Below, piece by piece: positions 62,531 to 64,000 of a DNA stretch of 64,000 bases. Under the pieces are notes generated by a model that searched no databases, was not told where the DNA came from, and saw only the letters and a list, made by a program, of their open reading frames with translations. Location of the stretch: assembly GCF_965228805.1 (NCBI RefSeq), contig NZ_CBDDIE010000003.1:511445-575444 (forward strand), in the 5' to 3' direction. The DNA comes from Aliiroseovarius sp. Lineage in GTDB: Bacteria > Pseudomonadota > Alphaproteobacteria > Rhodobacterales > Rhodobacteraceae. Made by a program: the position numbers and the translations under genes. Numbering within the stretch: the stretch's first letter is position 1; each line of letters begins with the position of its first letter.

Positions 62531-63109
62531 TCAGGCGCGTCCGCCCTCGGCGGACAAAAGCAGCGGGTCGATGCCCAGCTTTGCCAGCGCCGCCGACCAT
62601 TTCCCGCCGATATCGGCGGAAAAGACGATCGCCTCATCCGCATCGACGGTCAGCCAAGCGTTTTGCTGCAACTCGCCCTCCAACTGCCCTGGCGCCCAAC
62701 CGGCATAGCCCAACGCGGCCAGGCTCTGCGCCGGGCCGAGGCCGCGGGCGATATCCTCCAGGATGTCGCGGGTGGCCGTCATCGAGAACGCCTCGTCCAC
62801 CTGCAGGGTCGAGGGCGAACCGTGATAGTCCCGGCTGTGCAAGACGAAACCGCGCCCGGTCTCTACCGGGCCGCCGAAGAACACACCAATGCCCCTGCTG
62901 CCTTCGCCCTTGTCAATATCGAGCTGGTCCAGCAGATCGTCCAGCGCCAGATCCGACGTCGGCTTGTTCACGATCAACCCCATCGCCCCCTCAGCGGAAT
63001 GGGCGCAGAGGAACACCACCGATTTCTCGAATCGGGGATCACCCATACCCGGCATCGCGATCAGCAGCTGGCCGGACAGGTCATTGGGGGTTTCGGTCGT
63101 GCTTTCCAT
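62531..63109 (-). CDS. YqgE/AlgH family protein (UPF0301)
   Basis: [40 protein letters not shown]…. Start at MESTTE (the longer ORF upstream is a GC-rich artefact). Confidence 0.85.
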   Translation of the reverse strand: MESTTETPNDLSGQLLIAMPGMGDPRFEKSVVFLCAHSAEGAMGLIVNKPTSDLALDDLLDQLDIDKGEGSRGIGVFFGGPVETGRGFVLHSRDYHGSPSTLQVDEAFSMTATRDILEDIARGLGPAQSLAALGYAGWAPGQLEGELQQNAWLTVDADEAIVFSADIGGKWSAALAKLGIDPLLLSAEGGRA

Positions 63110-63220
63110 ATCATCAGCATGGGGGCCGGGCCCGGGAAAGACAAGGGGAACAGGCAGATGGAGGCGGCGGATCGCGCGCGCGTGAAGCAGATTTGATTTC
63201 CCATCCCCGGCCGAAACATT

Positions 63221-64000
63221 ATGTATCAGGGCATGAGCAGTTCGAACCGCATCACACCCCGCGCCCTTTCCCTGACCGCGGCCCTTCTGGGCGCGGCCTT
63301 CGGCCTGGCTGTCCCAACCGCCCTGGCCGGGGATCACTACGACCCGGACGAGGCCGCGCGGGTCGAGATCCTGTCCGGCTGGCGCGAAGCAGATGGCACC
63401 CACATGGCCGCTCTGCATGTCGAACTGGGCGTAGGTTGGAAAACCTACTGGCGCGCACCGGGGGACGCGGGCATTCCGCCCAGCATCGACTGGTCGGGAT
63501 CGAAGAACCTGGGTGCGGTCAGCTATCAGTGGCCGGTGCCCGAGGTTTTCGAACAGAACGGCATGCGTACCATCGGCTATCAGCATGAGCTGGTGCTGCC
63601 GATCCAGATCACCCCGCGCGATCCGTCTGCGCCCGTGACCCTGAAGGCGCGCCTGACCCTGGGCGTCTGTCGCGACGTCTGCATGCCGATGCAGACCCGC
63701 CTGAAAGTCGAACTGCCCACCCCCGGCGCCCCGGACGCACGGATCTCCCGCGCGATGGAGCAACGCCCGGACACGGCGGCCGAAGCGGGCCTCGGCTCCG
63801 TGCGCTGCGAGGTCACGCCCAGCGCGGACGGGCTGGAGGTCACCGCCCACCTCACCCTGCCCCGCCAAGGCGGCGAGGAAGTCGTGGTGATGGAAACACC
63901 GAACCCGGAAATCTGGGTCTCGGAAGCCGATGTCACCCGCAGCGGCGCCATCCTGACCGCCCGCGCAGACCTGGTCCCGCCGCCGGGCACTCCCATGGTG
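63221..64000 (+). CDS. DsbD N-terminal-domain-like (thiol:disulfide interchange/cytochrome c biogenesis-associated) protein, 3'-truncated by window end
   Basis: Signal peptide and a [16 protein letters not shown] motif. No stop before position 64000. Confidence 0.6.
   Translation, partial: MYQGMSSSNRITPRALSLTAALLGAAFGLAVPTALAGDHYDPDEAARVEILSGWREADGTHMAALHVELGVGWKTYWRAPGDAGIPPSIDWSGSKNLGAVSYQWPVPEVFEQNGMRTIGYQHELVLPIQITPRDPSAPVTLKARLTLGVCRDVCMPMQTRLKVELPTPGAPDARISRAMEQRPDTAAEAGLGSVRCEVTPSADGLEVTAHLTLPRQGGEEVVVMETPNPEIWVSEADVTRSGAILTARADLVPPPGTPMV

Noticed and set aside
63110-63868. N-terminal extension of the yqgE/algH ORF to 445 aa
   Set aside because: GC-rich Arg/Gly run without domain content. 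The conserved UPF0301 protein begins at MESTTE.
1-64000. CRISPR arrays, integrases, transposases, phage structural genes
   Set aside because: None seen. The only tandem array is the 44-bp minisatellite, which lacks spacer diversity.

Overview
The window is a high-GC (about 63-66%) chromosomal segment that looks alphaproteobacterial, probably Rhodobacteraceae. Most of it is well-conserved housekeeping synteny. Recognisable blocks on the minus strand are trpF-(2 hypotheticals)-trpB, ihfB-lapA-like, rpsA, aroA-(membrane protein)-cmk-(membrane protein), and the classic miaB-phoH(ybeZ)-ybeY-corC-lnt operon. Other identifiable genes are metK, trmB, pth plus rplY, phaA-phaB (PHB pathway), ispB/ispE, ETF-ubiquinone oxidoreductase, greA, an ornithine cyclodeaminase paired with an amidinotransferase-fold enzyme, an MCP, an EAL protein, and several transporters and regulators. 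I found no CRISPR array, integrase or transposase.

The findings worth a second look, in order of interest:
1. A low-GC orphan gene at 38782-40083, wedged between rplY and an MFS transporter. It encodes a ~433-aa PD-(D/E)XK-nuclease-family protein and is the most plausible candidate for a horizontally acquired, uncharacterised single-gene defence or restriction-like system.
2. A tRNA-Asn(GTT)-like element at 30937-31009 whose first three acceptor-stem pairs are broken. It sits in a ~900-bp non-coding stretch with a second T-arm copy, which suggests an old integration-site remnant.
3. A 44-bp tandem minisatellite at 667-960 made of hairpin modules.
4. Two paralogous Cys-domain secreted proteins, one with an OmpA anchor, inserted with an AT-rich spacer into the otherwise universal miaB-phoH junction.

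Smaller observations are several perfect-palindrome operator-like sites and structured intergenic hairpin families. Several long ORFs in the track are antisense or repeat artefacts; they are listed as rejected.
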